From: an uncultured Clostridia bacterium
Lineage (GTDB): Bacteria > Bacillota > Clostridia > Lachnospirales > Anaerotignaceae
DNA: 64,000 nt
NCBI GenBank assembly: GCA_944379995.1
Contig: CALWGF010000005.1
Location: 48,009-112,008 of the forward strand
Reading direction: 5' to 3'
In this document: piece after piece, positions 27,718-38,636 of the stretch
How the letters are laid out: each line of letters opens with the position of its first letter
Position numbering within the stretch: position 1 is the stretch's first letter
Made by a program: the position numbers and the translations under genes
Notes under the pieces: generated by a model
Seen by the model: the letters and a program-made list of their open reading frames with translations, nothing else
Told to the model about the DNA's origin: nothing
Database searches by the model: none

Positions 27718-28161
27718 GTGGATAAAGAATATGATATAATGAAATTTTTCAGAAGAATAAATATTGAAATTGAAAATATAATAAATGATAGTGTTAGTAA
27801 ACATAATTTGACAGCATCTCAAGGTAATATACTTGGGTATTTAGTAAAACATAAAAATGAAAAAATATGTTCAACAGATATTCATGTTAAATTAGGTCTT
27901 TCAAGAGCTTCTGTTTCTGCAACTTTAAAAAAGCTTAGAAGTAATAATTTTATATTATTTGAAGATGTACCATATGATGATAGAAGAAAATATATTGTAC
28001 TTACACAAAAAGCACTTGATATAGAAAAAGAAATACAATTATGCTTTGAAAAAATGAAAAATATAATATATGAAGGATTTTCAGAACAAGAAAAAGAAAA
28101 TTTGAATATTTTAATGGAGAAAATAAAACAAAATATAAAAAATAGTAAACAATTAAATTGA
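27718..28161 (+). CDS. MarR-family transcriptional regulator
   Basis: LTASQ..IL, SRASVS..LKKL, DDRR and LTQKA motifs. Confidence 0.88.
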   Translation: MDKEYDIMKFFRRINIEIENIINDSVSKHNLTASQGNILGYLVKHKNEKICSTDIHVKLGLSRASVSATLKKLRSNNFILFEDVPYDDRRKYIVLTQKALDIEKEIQLCFEKMKNIIYEGFSEQEKENLNILMEKIKQNIKNSKQLN

Positions 28162-28213
28162 AAAAAACATTTTGTTTTTGACATAATTATTTTACATAAA
28201 AGGAGGTATAAAA

Positions 28214-29962
28214 ATGGTAAAAACATTAATGGGTCAAATTAAAGAATATAAAAAAGTTTCTATTCTTACACCTGTTTTTACATCATTAGAAGTTTTTATG
28301 GAAGTTCTTATTCCATTTATTACTTCTGCATTAATTGACCAAGGTATCCAAAAGGGTGATATGGGTAAAATTTATTTCTATGGTGGAATAATGCTTGCTA
28401 TAGCAATGCTTAGTCTTCTTTTTGGTATACTTGCAGGAAAATATGCAGCAAATGCTTCATCAGGATTTGCTTGTAACTTAAGAAATGCTATGTATGATAA
28501 TATACAAACATTCTCTTTTTCAAATATTGATAAATTTAGTACAGCAGGTCTTGTAACAAGAATGACAACAGACGTTACAAATGTACAAAATTCATATCAG
28601 ATGTGTTTAAGAATTGCTGTTAGAGCACCACTTATGCTTGTATGTAGTTTAGTTATGTGTTTTTTAATAAATGTGCAACTCAGCCTTGTATTTGTTGTAG
28701 CAATAGCAGTACTTGCCTGTGGCTTAATATTTATTATGAAAGGTGCAATAAAAATATTTGATGTTGTATTTAAAAAATATGATGCATTAAATGCAAGTGT
28801 TCAGGAAAATGTTACAGCAATAAGAGTTGTTAAAGCATTTGTAAGAGAAGATTTTGAAAACAAAAAATTTACACATGCTGCAAATGAATTATATAAACTT
28901 TTTGTAAAGGCAGAAAGTATACTTGCTTTTAATAGTCCTATAATGATGTTTGTTATATATGGTTGTGTTACTGCTCTTTCTTGGTTTGGTGCAAACTTTA
29001 TTATTGCTGGAAACCTTACAACAGGTGAACTTACATCAATGTTTACTTATATTATGAGTATAATGATGTCATTAATGATACTTTCAATGATTTTTGTTAT
29101 GATTACAATGAGTGCTGCAAGTGGTAGACGTATTGCAGAAGTTATAAATGAAAAACCTGACATTGTAAATCCAGAAAATCCTGTTATGGAAATAAAAGAC
29201 GGAAGTATTGATTTTAATCATGTTAATTTCCATTATAAACATGCAAACGATAAAGAAACTCTTACAGATATTGATTTACATATTAAATCTGGAGAAACAA
29301 TAGGTATTATTGGTGGAACAGGAAGCGGTAAATCAAGTCTTGTAAATCTTATAAGCCGTCTTTATGATGTTGCTAGTGGTTCTGTATATGTTGGTGGTAG
29401 AGATGTTCGTGAGTATGATATAGAAGAACTCAGAAATCAAGTTGCTGTTGTACTTCAGAAAAATGTACTTTTCTCAGGTTCTATACTTGACAATCTTAGA
29501 TGGGGTAAAGAAGATGCAACAGAAGAAGAATGTATTGAAGTATGTCGTCAGGCTTGTGCTGATGAATTTATAGAACAATTCCCAGATAAATATAATACAC
29601 ATATTGAACAGGGCGGTTCTAATGTATCTGGTGGACAGAAACAAAGATTATGTATTGCAAGAGCATTACTTAAGAGCCCTAAAGTATTAATACTTGATGA
29701 CTCAACAAGTGCAGTAGATACTGCGACTGACTCAAAAATAAGAGAGTCTTTTGCTAAAAAAATTCCGGGTGTTACAAAAATTATAATAGCACAAAGGGTT
29801 TCAAGTATTGAAAATGCAGATAGAATAATAGTTATAGATGATGGAAAAATATGTGGATTTGATACACATGAAAATCTTATGGAAACAAATAAAATTTACC
29901 GTGAAATATATGATACACAGGTAAAAGGCGGCGGAGATTTTGACCAGCCGTCTAAAGACTGA
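28214..29962 (+). CDS. Heterodimeric ABC exporter subunit (TMD+NBD, degenerate site)
   Basis: GGTGSGKS, VSGGQKQR, ILDDSTSA. Confidence 0.92.
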   Translation: MVKTLMGQIKEYKKVSILTPVFTSLEVFMEVLIPFITSALIDQGIQKGDMGKIYFYGGIMLAIAMLSLLFGILAGKYAANASSGFACNLRNAMYDNIQTFSFSNIDKFSTAGLVTRMTTDVTNVQNSYQMCLRIAVRAPLMLVCSLVMCFLINVQLSLVFVVAIAVLACGLIFIMKGAIKIFDVVFKKYDALNASVQENVTAIRVVKAFVREDFENKKFTHAANELYKLFVKAESILAFNSPIMMFVIYGCVTALSWFGANFIIAGNLTTGELTSMFTYIMSIMMSLMILSMIFVMITMSAASGRRIAEVINEKPDIVNPENPVMEIKDGSIDFNHVNFHYKHANDKETLTDIDLHIKSGETIGIIGGTGSGKSSLVNLISRLYDVASGSVYVGGRDVREYDIEELRNQVAVVLQKNVLFSGSILDNLRWGKEDATEEECIEVCRQACADEFIEQFPDKYNTHIEQGGSNVSGGQKQRLCIARALLKSPKVLILDDSTSAVDTATDSKIRESFAKKIPGVTKIIIAQRVSSIENADRIIVIDDGKICGFDTHENLMETNKIYREIYDTQVKGGGDFDQPSKD

Positions 29963-29979
29963 AAGGTAGGTGGATTATA

Positions 29980-31902
29980 ATGTCTGGAAACGCAAGACAA
30001 ATGAAAGGTCCTATGGCTATGAGAGGTTCTAGACCTAAGGTTGAAAATCCGGGAAAAATAATGAAAAGACTATTGGGCTATATGCTTAAAAATTATAAAA
30101 TACAGTTCTTTATAGTTGTTGTATGTATTATTATTACTGCTTGTACAACTTTAAGAGGTATGCTTTTTATGCAATCACTTATTGATGATTATATACTTCC
30201 AATGACAAAAGTAGCAAATCCTGATTTTGGTCCACTTAAAAATGCTATTTTAAATCTTGTTGCTACTTATGTTATAGGTGTTGTATCTGCATATGCTTAT
30301 AATAGAATTATGGTTAATATTGGTCAGGGTACAATGCTTAAGCTTCGTACAGACCTTTTTACACATATGGAGTCACTTCCTATAAAATATTTTGATACAA
30401 ATGCACATGGGGATATAATGTCAGTATATACAAATGACGTTGACACATTAAGACAGCTTATGAGCCAGAGTATACCTCAAACAATAAACTCTGCTGTTAC
30501 TATTATAATGACATTTGTAAGTATGATAGTACTTGATATTCCTCTTACAATAATAAGTTTGTTAATGGTAGGATTAATGATGTTTGTAACATCAAGAATA
30601 AGTAAAAAAACAGGAAGATTTTTTGCTGACCAACAAAGAGATTTAGGTAAAGTAAATGGCTTTATTGAAGAAATGATGGAAGGACAAAAAGTAATAAAAG
30701 TATTCTGTCATGAAGAAAAAAGTATTGAAGAGTTTAGAAAAATAAATGATAAACTTAGAGAAAGTGCAAACAATGCTAATAAATTTGCTAATATAATGAT
30801 GCCTATCAATGGTAATCTTGGTAACATAAGTTATGTAATATGTGCAATAATAGGTTCTATGCTTGCACTTACAGGTATTACAGGTCTTACTCTTGGTAAA
30901 CTTGTATCTTTCCTTGCACTTAATAAGAGCTTTACACAACCTATAACACAGATAAGCCAACAGATGAACAGTATTATAATGGGTATGGCTGGAGCGGCTC
31001 GTGTATTTAAACTTCTTGATGAAATACCTGAAGCTGATGATGGATATGTTGAACTTGTAAACGTTAAAGAAGACTCTAAAGGAAATCTTACAGAAACAAA
31101 TGAACGTACAGGAATATGGGCTTGGAAACACCCTCATAAACAAGAAGGAACAATTACTTATAGAAAACTTGAAGGTGATGTAACATTTAATGATGTTGAC
31201 TTTGGTTATGATGATAAGAAAATTGTACTTCATAATATTAAACTTTTTGCTACACCAGGACAGAAAATTGCATTCGTTGGAAGTACAGGTGCAGGAAAAA
31301 CAACAATTACTAATCTTATAAACCGTTTTTATGATATTCAAGATGGTAAAATAAGATATGACGATATTAATATAAATAAAATTAAAAAATCAGCATTAAG
31401 ACGTTCTCTTGGAATGGTTCTTCAAGATACACATCTTTTTACAGGAACTGTTATGGATAATATACGTTATGGTAGACTTGATGCAACAGATGACGAATGT
31501 ATTGCAGCAGCAAAACTTGCAAATGCTGACGGATTTATAAGACGTCTTCCAGATGGATATAACACACTTCTTACAGGTGATGGTGGAAATTTAAGTCAGG
31601 GACAAAGACAGCTTCTTGCAATAGCTAGAGCAGCAGTTGCTGACCCTCCAGTATTAATACTTGATGAGGCTACATCTTCTATTGATACAAGAACAGAAAC
31701 TCTTGTTCAACAGGGTATGGATAGACTTATGCAAGGTAGAACAACATTTGTTATTGCTCATAGACTTTCTACTGTAAGAAACTCTGATTGCATTATGGTT
31801 CTTGAACAAGGAAGAATTATTGAAAGAGGAACTCATGACGAACTTATAGAAGAAAAAGGAAAATACTATCAGCTTTATACAGGAAATTTTGCTGAAGAAT
31901 AA
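29980..31902 (+). CDS. Heterodimeric ABC exporter subunit (TMD+NBD)
   Basis: GSTGAGKT, LSQGQRQ, ILDEATS, IAHRLST. Confidence 0.92.
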   Translation: MSGNARQMKGPMAMRGSRPKVENPGKIMKRLLGYMLKNYKIQFFIVVVCIIITACTTLRGMLFMQSLIDDYILPMTKVANPDFGPLKNAILNLVATYVIGVVSAYAYNRIMVNIGQGTMLKLRTDLFTHMESLPIKYFDTNAHGDIMSVYTNDVDTLRQLMSQSIPQTINSAVTIIMTFVSMIVLDIPLTIISLLMVGLMMFVTSRISKKTGRFFADQQRDLGKVNGFIEEMMEGQKVIKVFCHEEKSIEEFRKINDKLRESANNANKFANIMMPINGNLGNISYVICAIIGSMLALTGITGLTLGKLVSFLALNKSFTQPITQISQQMNSIIMGMAGAARVFKLLDEIPEADDGYVELVNVKEDSKGNLTETNERTGIWAWKHPHKQEGTITYRKLEGDVTFNDVDFGYDDKKIVLHNIKLFATPGQKIAFVGSTGAGKTTITNLINRFYDIQDGKIRYDDININKIKKSALRRSLGMVLQDTHLFTGTVMDNIRYGRLDATDDECIAAAKLANADGFIRRLPDGYNTLLTGDGGNLSQGQRQLLAIARAAVADPPVLILDEATSSIDTRTETLVQQGMDRLMQGRTTFVIAHRLSTVRNSDCIMVLEQGRIIERGTHDELIEEKGKYYQLYTGNFAEE

Positions 31903-31906
31903 AATT

Positions 31907-31935
31907 AAAGCCGAAACTATTTAGTTTCGGCTTTT
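31907..31935 (+). terminator. Intrinsic terminator
   Basis: AAAGCCGAAACTA/TAGTTTCGGCTTTT. Confidence 0.85.
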
Positions 31936-32010
31936 GTATTTATTTTTAAAATAGTATAATTAAATATATTAATAACATTAATAAAATTGATAAAAAGGAG
32001 TTGTTTATTT

Positions 32011-32769
32011 ATGGTTACAGCTGTATATTTTAGTGGAACAGGAAGAACAGAAAATTGTATTAAGAAAATAACAAAAATTTTTAAAGATGATGTAAATTAT
32101 ATTAATATAACATCTTTAGAAAGTAGAAATTCAGAATATGTATTTAATGAAAATGATATTGTTATTGTAGCTATGCCTGTATATGCAGGACAAATTCCAG
32201 CAGTTTATAATATTATTGACTGTTTAAAAGGAAATAATACACCTTGTATTATTATTGCTTGTTATGGTAATAGAGATTATGATGATACTCTTGCACAAAT
32301 GAGCCAATTATTACAAAAAAGAGGTTTTATAATAGCAGGTGGAGGAGCTATTATTATTGAGCATACATTTGCTAATGAACTTGGTAAAAACAGACCAAAT
32401 GAAAGTGATATGGAAAAAATAGAAAAATGGATATGTGAAATTAAAAATAAAATAGATAATAAAAATTATAAAAATAATAAAAATATAGAATTTAAAGGTA
32501 ATCCATTTGTAGAACCTAAAAAGAGTATACCTGTTCCTAAAACAATTAATATTGATAAATGTGTATTATGTGGAAAATGTGTTAAAGAATGTCCAGTTGC
32601 AGATATAGTTATTAATGATAAAGTAGAATTTAAAAATGAAAATTGTATAAATTGTATGAGATGTAGTGTTGTATGTCCAAATAATTGTATATCTTATAAC
32701 TGTGAACCACTTACAAAAAGACTTATGGATAATTTTTTAAATCCAAAAGAATTAGAATTATTTGTATAA
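32011..32769 (+). CDS. EFR1-type flavodoxin-fold / 2x[4Fe-4S] ferredoxin
   Basis: YFSGTGRT, PVYAG, YGNR; CVLCGKCVKECP and CINCMRCSVVCP; start after AAGGAG. Confidence 0.88.
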   Translation: MVTAVYFSGTGRTENCIKKITKIFKDDVNYINITSLESRNSEYVFNENDIVIVAMPVYAGQIPAVYNIIDCLKGNNTPCIIIACYGNRDYDDTLAQMSQLLQKRGFIIAGGGAIIIEHTFANELGKNRPNESDMEKIEKWICEIKNKIDNKNYKNNKNIEFKGNPFVEPKKSIPVPKTINIDKCVLCGKCVKECPVADIVINDKVEFKNENCINCMRCSVVCPNNCISYNCEPLTKRLMDNFLNPKELELFV

Positions 32770-32799
32770 AAATAAAGTGTCATTTTTGACACTTTATTT

Positions 32800-33690
32800 T
32801 CAAGATTTTTTATTTTTTCTATATTCACTTGGTGTACATTTCATGTATCTTTTGAATATTTTTCCATAGTAACATGAATTTGAAAATCCACATTTTTCGG
32901 ATATTTCAGTTATTGACATATTATCGTCATTTAAAAGTGAAAGACTTTGTTGTATTCTGTAAAAAAGAATATAATCAAAAAGTGTTGTTTTCATATGTTT
33001 TTTAAAAAAACGACAACATTCACTTTTACAAAGATTAACATTTTTTGCTACATCATCAAGAGTTATAGACTCTGAATAGTTATGATGTATAAATGTAAGT
33101 ATATCTTTTATACGATTAATATTATATTCTGCTCTATAACCGGCATCTGGTATTGATGAAAAATAATTATATATATCAAGCCAAAATTTTGAAAATTCTA
33201 TATGTAATTTAAGTTCGTCTATATTTTCGTTATTTATAAAATTTTGATTATATAAATCATTAAGAAAATCTAATATATTTTTATGCCATAATATATCATC
33301 TGTAAGTTTTAATGATGATGTTTTATGATTACCTGTAATAAAATTTACATATTTTGTATGTATTATACTATTTTCGAAGCCATATATAAATCTTGGGTGA
33401 AATGTAACAGAAAGATATATACAATCTTTATTTTCTATCATTCTACCACTATGCATTGTATTACTGTTACAAAATACACCATCACCTTTTTTTAAAATAT
33501 AACTTTTTTCGTTAATATTATACTCAATTTGTCCATCAACAATATATGTAAGTTCTATTTCAGGGTGCCAATGCCATAAAAATGTTCCGCCTTCATATGA
33601 TGATAAAATTTCTTTGCTTATATTTACAGGAAAACCATAATTTCCATGAGTTTTAATTTCCTTTTTTTCTTTATTAATATTTAATTGCAA
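32800..33690 (-). CDS. AraC-family regulator with cupin domain (likely gal regulator)
   Basis: WHWHPEIE cupin; CGFSNSCYYGKIFKRYMKCTPSEYRK HTH; divergent from galK; TTG start after GAGGTG. Confidence 0.9.
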   Translation of the reverse strand: MQLNINKEKKEIKTHGNYGFPVNISKEILSSYEGGTFLWHWHPEIELTYIVDGQIEYNINEKSYILKKGDGVFCNSNTMHSGRMIENKDCIYLSVTFHPRFIYGFENSIIHTKYVNFITGNHKTSSLKLTDDILWHKNILDFLNDLYNQNFINNENIDELKLHIEFSKFWLDIYNYFSSIPDAGYRAEYNINRIKDILTFIHHNYSESITLDDVAKNVNLCKSECCRFFKKHMKTTLFDYILFYRIQQSLSLLNDDNMSITEISEKCGFSNSCYYGKIFKRYMKCTPSEYRKNKKS

Positions 33691-33819
33691 TGAAAACACC
33701 TCAATATAGTTATAAAATATCATATTATATTTGTAGCTTTTAATTATATATAAGCATTATAATTATATTAAATTATTAATGAATAATCAATTCATATTTA
33801 TAAGAAGGACGTGTAGGAA

Positions 33820-34989
33820 ATGAAAACAAAACTTATTGAGAAATTTATATCACTCTATGGCGAAGGAGGAGAAATAAAATCTTATTTTTCACCAGGTAGA
33901 GTTAATCTTATAGGAGAACATACAGATTATAATGGAGGTCACGTTTTCCCTTGTGCCCTTACTCTTGGAACATATGGAATTGCTAGAAAAAGAGAAGATA
34001 ATATACTTCGTTTTTATTCAATGAATTTTGAAGAAGATGGAATGATTGAAACAACTATTGATGATATGAAACCATTGAAAGATATAGGCTGGACAGCATA
34101 TCCAAAGGGTGTTATATGGGCTCTTGAAAAACATGGATATAAAATAGATAAAGGTCTTGATGTTCTTATTTATGGAACAATACCTAATGGTTCTGGACTT
34201 TCATCTTCAGCTTCTCTCGAAGTTCTTACAGCTGTTATATTAAAAGATATGTTTAATTTTGAAGGACTTACAATGGAAAATATTGCTTCAATAAGTCAAT
34301 ATTCAGAAAACAATTATAATGGTTGTAATTGTGGTATAATGGACCAGTTTGCTGTTGCTATGGGTAAAAAAGATTGTGCAGTATTCCTTGATACAGCAAA
34401 ACTTAAATTTGAATATTCAAAAGTTGAACTTAAAGATGCAAAAATAATTATAACAAATAGTAAAGTAAAACATAGTCTTGTAGACTCAGCTTATAATGAT
34501 AGAAGAAATGAATGTAATGAAGCCTTAAAATGCTTACAGAAAATAAAAGATATAAAAACACTTGGTGACCTTACAGAAAGTGAATTTGAAGAAGCTAAAT
34601 ACATAATAGATAATCCTGTTTGTAGAAACAGAGCAAAACATGCTGTTTATGAAAATCAAAGAACAATAAAAGCTGTTGAAACACTTAAAAATAACAATAT
34701 TGAAGAATTCGGAAAACTTATGAACCAATCACATATATCATTAAGAGATGATTTTGAAGTTTCTTGTAAAGAAATAGATATACTTGTAAATTTAGCTTGG
34801 TCAATACCGGGAGTTCTTGGTTCAAGAATTACAGGAGGCGGCTTTGGTGGCTGTACTGTAAGTATTGTTAAAAATGATAGTGTTGATGAATTTATTGATA
34901 AAGTTGGAAAAGGATACAAAGAAAAAACAGGAATTACAGCAGAATTCTATATTGCAGAAATTGGTGATGGTGCAGGAATTATAGAATAA
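33820..34989 (+). CDS. galK: Galactokinase
   Basis: PGRVNLIGEHTDYN, GSGLSSSAS, GGGFGG. Confidence 0.97.
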   Translation: MKTKLIEKFISLYGEGGEIKSYFSPGRVNLIGEHTDYNGGHVFPCALTLGTYGIARKREDNILRFYSMNFEEDGMIETTIDDMKPLKDIGWTAYPKGVIWALEKHGYKIDKGLDVLIYGTIPNGSGLSSSASLEVLTAVILKDMFNFEGLTMENIASISQYSENNYNGCNCGIMDQFAVAMGKKDCAVFLDTAKLKFEYSKVELKDAKIIITNSKVKHSLVDSAYNDRRNECNEALKCLQKIKDIKTLGDLTESEFEEAKYIIDNPVCRNRAKHAVYENQRTIKAVETLKNNNIEEFGKLMNQSHISLRDDFEVSCKEIDILVNLAWSIPGVLGSRITGGGFGGCTVSIVKNDSVDEFIDKVGKGYKEKTGITAEFYIAEIGDGAGIIE

Positions 34990-35008
34990 TTGTAGGGAGT
35001 GTTTAAAT

Positions 35009-36499
35009 ATGTTTAATACAGAAATTAAAAAACTTGTAGACTATGGTATATCAACAGGTATTGTACCTGAATGTGAAAGAATTTATACAACAAACCAGCT
35101 TTTAAGCCTTTTTAAAGAAGATAACTATGAAGAACCTGTTGGTCAGTATTTTAATACACAGCTTGAAACTGTTTTAAAAAATCTTCTTGATGAAGCTGTA
35201 AAAAGAGGGCTTATTGAAGATACAATAACAGAAAGAGACCTTTTTGATACAAAAATAATGAATTGTCTTATGCCTAGACCTTCACAGGTTCAAGAAAAGT
35301 TCTGGAATGAATATGAAAAATCTCCAGAAAAAGCTACTGATTATTTTTATAAACTTAGTCAGGACAGCGATTATATAAGACGCTATCGTATTGCAAAAGA
35401 TAAAAAATGGAAAGTTGACTCAAAATACGGAAAAATTGATATTACAATAAATCTTTCAAAACCTGAAAAAGACCCTAAAGCAATAGCAGCTGCTAAAAAT
35501 GCAAAAGCAAGCAGCTATCCAAAATGTGCTCTTTGTATGGAAAATGAAGGATATGCAGGAAGATTAAATCACCCTGCAAGAGATAATCATAGAATAATAC
35601 CTATAACAATAAATAACAGTAATTGGGGATTTCAGTATTCTCCATATGTATATTACAATGAACATTGTATAGTGTTTAATGGTGAACATACACCTATGAA
35701 AATTGACCGTTCTGCTTTTATAAAATTATTTGATTTTGTAAAACAGTTCCCACATTATTTCCTTGGTTCAAATGCTGACCTTCCAATAGTTGGTGGTTCT
35801 ATTTTAAGCCATGACCATTTCCAAGGTGGACATTATACATTTGCTATGGAAGAAGCTCCTATTGAAAAAGAAATAACAATAAAAGGTTTTGAAGATGTTG
35901 AAGCTGGAATTGTAAACTGGCCTTTATCAGTTATAAGAATTAGACATAAAGATGATAAACATCTTGTTGACCTTGCTGAACATATTCTTGGAAAATGGAG
36001 AAACTATACAGATGAAGACGCATTTATATTTGCAGAAACAGATGGAGAACCTCATAATACTATAACTCCTATTGCAAGAAAAAAAGGTGATATATTTGAA
36101 CTTGACCTTACATTAAGAAATAATATTACAACAGATGAACACCCTCTCGGTGTATATCACCCACACAGCCAGTGGCATAATATCAAAAAAGAAAATATCG
36201 GTCTTATTGAAGTAATGGGGCTTGCTGTTCTTCCTTCAAGATTAAAAGAAGAACTTGAGCTTATTGAAGAATATATATTATCAGGAAAAGATTTAAGAAC
36301 TTCAGAAAAAATAGAAAAACATGCTGATTGGGTTGACGGATTTATAAAAGAGTACGATAATCTTAATAAAGATAATATAACAGAAATAATACAAGAAGAA
36401 GTTGGAAAAGTATTTGTCCATGTTCTTGAAGATGCTGGTGTATATAAATGTACACCTGAAGGCAGAAAAGCATTTATGAAATTTATTAATTCATTATAA
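35009..36499 (+). CDS. galT: Galactose-1-phosphate uridylyltransferase (Firmicute type)
   Basis: ITINLSKPEKDPK, GSILSHDHFQGG, KKENIGLIEVMG. Confidence 0.96.
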   Translation: MFNTEIKKLVDYGISTGIVPECERIYTTNQLLSLFKEDNYEEPVGQYFNTQLETVLKNLLDEAVKRGLIEDTITERDLFDTKIMNCLMPRPSQVQEKFWNEYEKSPEKATDYFYKLSQDSDYIRRYRIAKDKKWKVDSKYGKIDITINLSKPEKDPKAIAAAKNAKASSYPKCALCMENEGYAGRLNHPARDNHRIIPITINNSNWGFQYSPYVYYNEHCIVFNGEHTPMKIDRSAFIKLFDFVKQFPHYFLGSNADLPIVGGSILSHDHFQGGHYTFAMEEAPIEKEITIKGFEDVEAGIVNWPLSVIRIRHKDDKHLVDLAEHILGKWRNYTDEDAFIFAETDGEPHNTITPIARKKGDIFELDLTLRNNITTDEHPLGVYHPHSQWHNIKKENIGLIEVMGLAVLPSRLKEELELIEEYILSGKDLRTSEKIEKHADWVDGFIKEYDNLNKDNITEIIQEEVGKVFVHVLEDAGVYKCTPEGRKAFMKFINSL

Positions 36500-36535
36500 T
36501 TTTCAATATATATTAATAGAAAAGGAGAGATATTC

Positions 36536-37555
36536 ATGAATAAGATTTTAGTAACAGGCGGTGCAGGATATATAGGAAGTCATACTTGTGTTGAACTTTT
36601 AAATGCAGGTTATGAAGTTGTTGTTGTTGATAACCTTTATAATTCAAATAAAAAAGCTATTGATAGAGTAGAAGAAATAACAGGTAAAAAAATTACTTTC
36701 TATGAAAATGATATAAGAGATAGAGCAAAAATGGACGAAATATTCGATAAAGAAGATATATATGCAGTTATTCACTTTGCAGGTCTTAAGGCTGTTGGTG
36801 AGTCTGTTGCAAAACCTCTTGAATATTATGAAAATAATATAAGTGGTACAATATCTCTTTGTGATTGTATGAGAAGTCATGGTGTTAAAAACATAATATT
36901 CAGTTCATCTGCAACTGTTTATGGTGACCCTGCATTTATTCCAATTACAGAAGAATGCCCAAAAGGAATTTGTACAAATCCTTATGGTTGGTCAAAATGG
37001 ATGCTTGAACAGATACTTACAGATTTTAATACAGCAGACCCAGAATGGAATGTTGTTCTTCTTCGTTATTTCAATCCTATTGGTGCTCATAAGAGTGGAC
37101 TTATAGGAGAAGACCCAAAAGGTATTCCTAACAACCTTCTTCCTTATATTGCACAGGTTGCAATAGGAAAACTTGATTGTCTTGGTGTATTTGGTAACGA
37201 TTATGATACACATGATGGTACAGGTGTACGTGATTATATCCACGTTGTTGACCTTGCAGACGGTCATGTAAAAGCTCTTAAGAAAATTGATGAAAAATGT
37301 GGTGTTAAAGTTTATAACCTTGGTACAGGTAATGGTTATAGTGTTATGGACGTTCTCCACGCTTTTGAAAAAGCTTGTGGTCACGAAATAAAATATGAAA
37401 TCAAACCAAGAAGAGCTGGAGATATTTCTACTTGCTATGCTGACTCTAAAAAAGCATATGAAGAACTTGGCTGGGAAGCTAAATATGGTATTGATGAAAT
37501 GTGTGCTGACTCTTGGAATTGGCAGTCAAAAAATCCAAATGGTTATAATGAATAA
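36536..37555 (+). CDS. galE: UDP-glucose 4-epimerase
   Basis: GGAGYIGSH, FSSSATVYG, YGWSK, LRYFNP. Confidence 0.97.
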   Translation: MNKILVTGGAGYIGSHTCVELLNAGYEVVVVDNLYNSNKKAIDRVEEITGKKITFYENDIRDRAKMDEIFDKEDIYAVIHFAGLKAVGESVAKPLEYYENNISGTISLCDCMRSHGVKNIIFSSSATVYGDPAFIPITEECPKGICTNPYGWSKWMLEQILTDFNTADPEWNVVLLRYFNPIGAHKSGLIGEDPKGIPNNLLPYIAQVAIGKLDCLGVFGNDYDTHDGTGVRDYIHVVDLADGHVKALKKIDEKCGVKVYNLGTGNGYSVMDVLHAFEKACGHEIKYEIKPRRAGDISTCYADSKKAYEELGWEAKYGIDEMCADSWNWQSKNPNGYNE

Positions 37556-37618
37556 TTATAATAAATGATACTATATATCAGAAATTTAACTGATATACCT
37601 TTCTCTAAACAACTTAAT

Positions 37619-37651
37619 AAAAAATCCGATGTAAATAACATCGGATTTTTT
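37619..37651 (+). terminator. Intrinsic terminator
   Basis: AAAAATCCGATGT/ACATCGGATTTTTT. Confidence 0.85.
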
Positions 37652-37800
37652 ATTTTAAAATATTTTATTTATATAATTTACACAAAACAAGTAAAATTTA
37701 TGTAAAATGTTTCTCTTTGCAGAAATTAACGTATATATGGTATACTAGTTATAAATTTTGCCATATATGGTGTTCAAGAATATGAAAGGAGGACTTTACG

Positions 37801-38634
37801 TTGAGAAATGCTACAAGAGTATGGATTAATGGAGCAAGTGGACAAGTTGGAAAAGCAATAGTTGAAGCCTTAGATTGTACAGAATATGAGGTTATGGCTT
37901 CTGATAAAGATATTGATGTAACAGACCTTGCTCAAGTAACAAGTTTCTGTGATATAGATTATCCAGACGTTATTATACATTGTGCTGCAAGCTCAAACTA
38001 TGGTTCTGATAACAATGATATTGAAACAACTTATAAAGTTAATGCATTAGGTGCAAGAAATGCGGCTATTGCTGCACGTCGTGTAAATGCTAAACTTATT
38101 TATCTTTCAACAGATGATGTTTTTGATGGTTTGGAAGGACACCCTTTAAATGAATTTGATTTTCCAAAACCTGTTTCTGTTTATGGAAAAAGCAAATTAG
38201 CAGGTGAACAGTTTGTACGTGAACTTTGTCCAAAACATCTTATTGTACGTTCATCTTGGATTTATGGACATACAGAAAATAATTTTGCATATACAGTAAT
38301 TCAAAAAGCAAAAGCTAATAAAAAAGTTGAAGTTGCTGTAAACGAACTTAGCTCACCAACAAGTGCAAAGGCTCTTGCCGATTTTATAATAAAACTTATA
38401 GATACAACAGAATATGGAATTTATCACGCTTCTTGTGAAGGTGTGTGCTCAAGATACGAGTTTGCTAAAGAGGTTCTTAAATATGAAGGTATAGATGCAG
38501 AAGTTGTACCTGTTGTTTTAGAACGCCCTGTTAATACAATGCTGGATAACCTTATGATGCGTATGACTGGAATTTATAAAATGCCCGAATGGAAAGAAGC
38601 ATTAAAGGAATTTTATGCTAATAGGGAGACTTAA
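37801..38634 (+). CDS. RmlD-like SDR oxidoreductase (dTDP-4-dehydrorhamnose reductase family)
   Basis: GASGQVG, STDDVFDG, YGKSKLAGE; TTG start with AAAGGAGG RBS. Confidence 0.82.
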   Translation: MRNATRVWINGASGQVGKAIVEALDCTEYEVMASDKDIDVTDLAQVTSFCDIDYPDVIIHCAASSNYGSDNNDIETTYKVNALGARNAAIAARRVNAKLIYLSTDDVFDGLEGHPLNEFDFPKPVSVYGKSKLAGEQFVRELCPKHLIVRSSWIYGHTENNFAYTVIQKAKANKKVEVAVNELSSPTSAKALADFIIKLIDTTEYGIYHASCEGVCSRYEFAKEVLKYEGIDAEVVPVVLERPVNTMLDNLMMRMTGIYKMPEWKEALKEFYANRET

Positions 38635-38636
38635 AA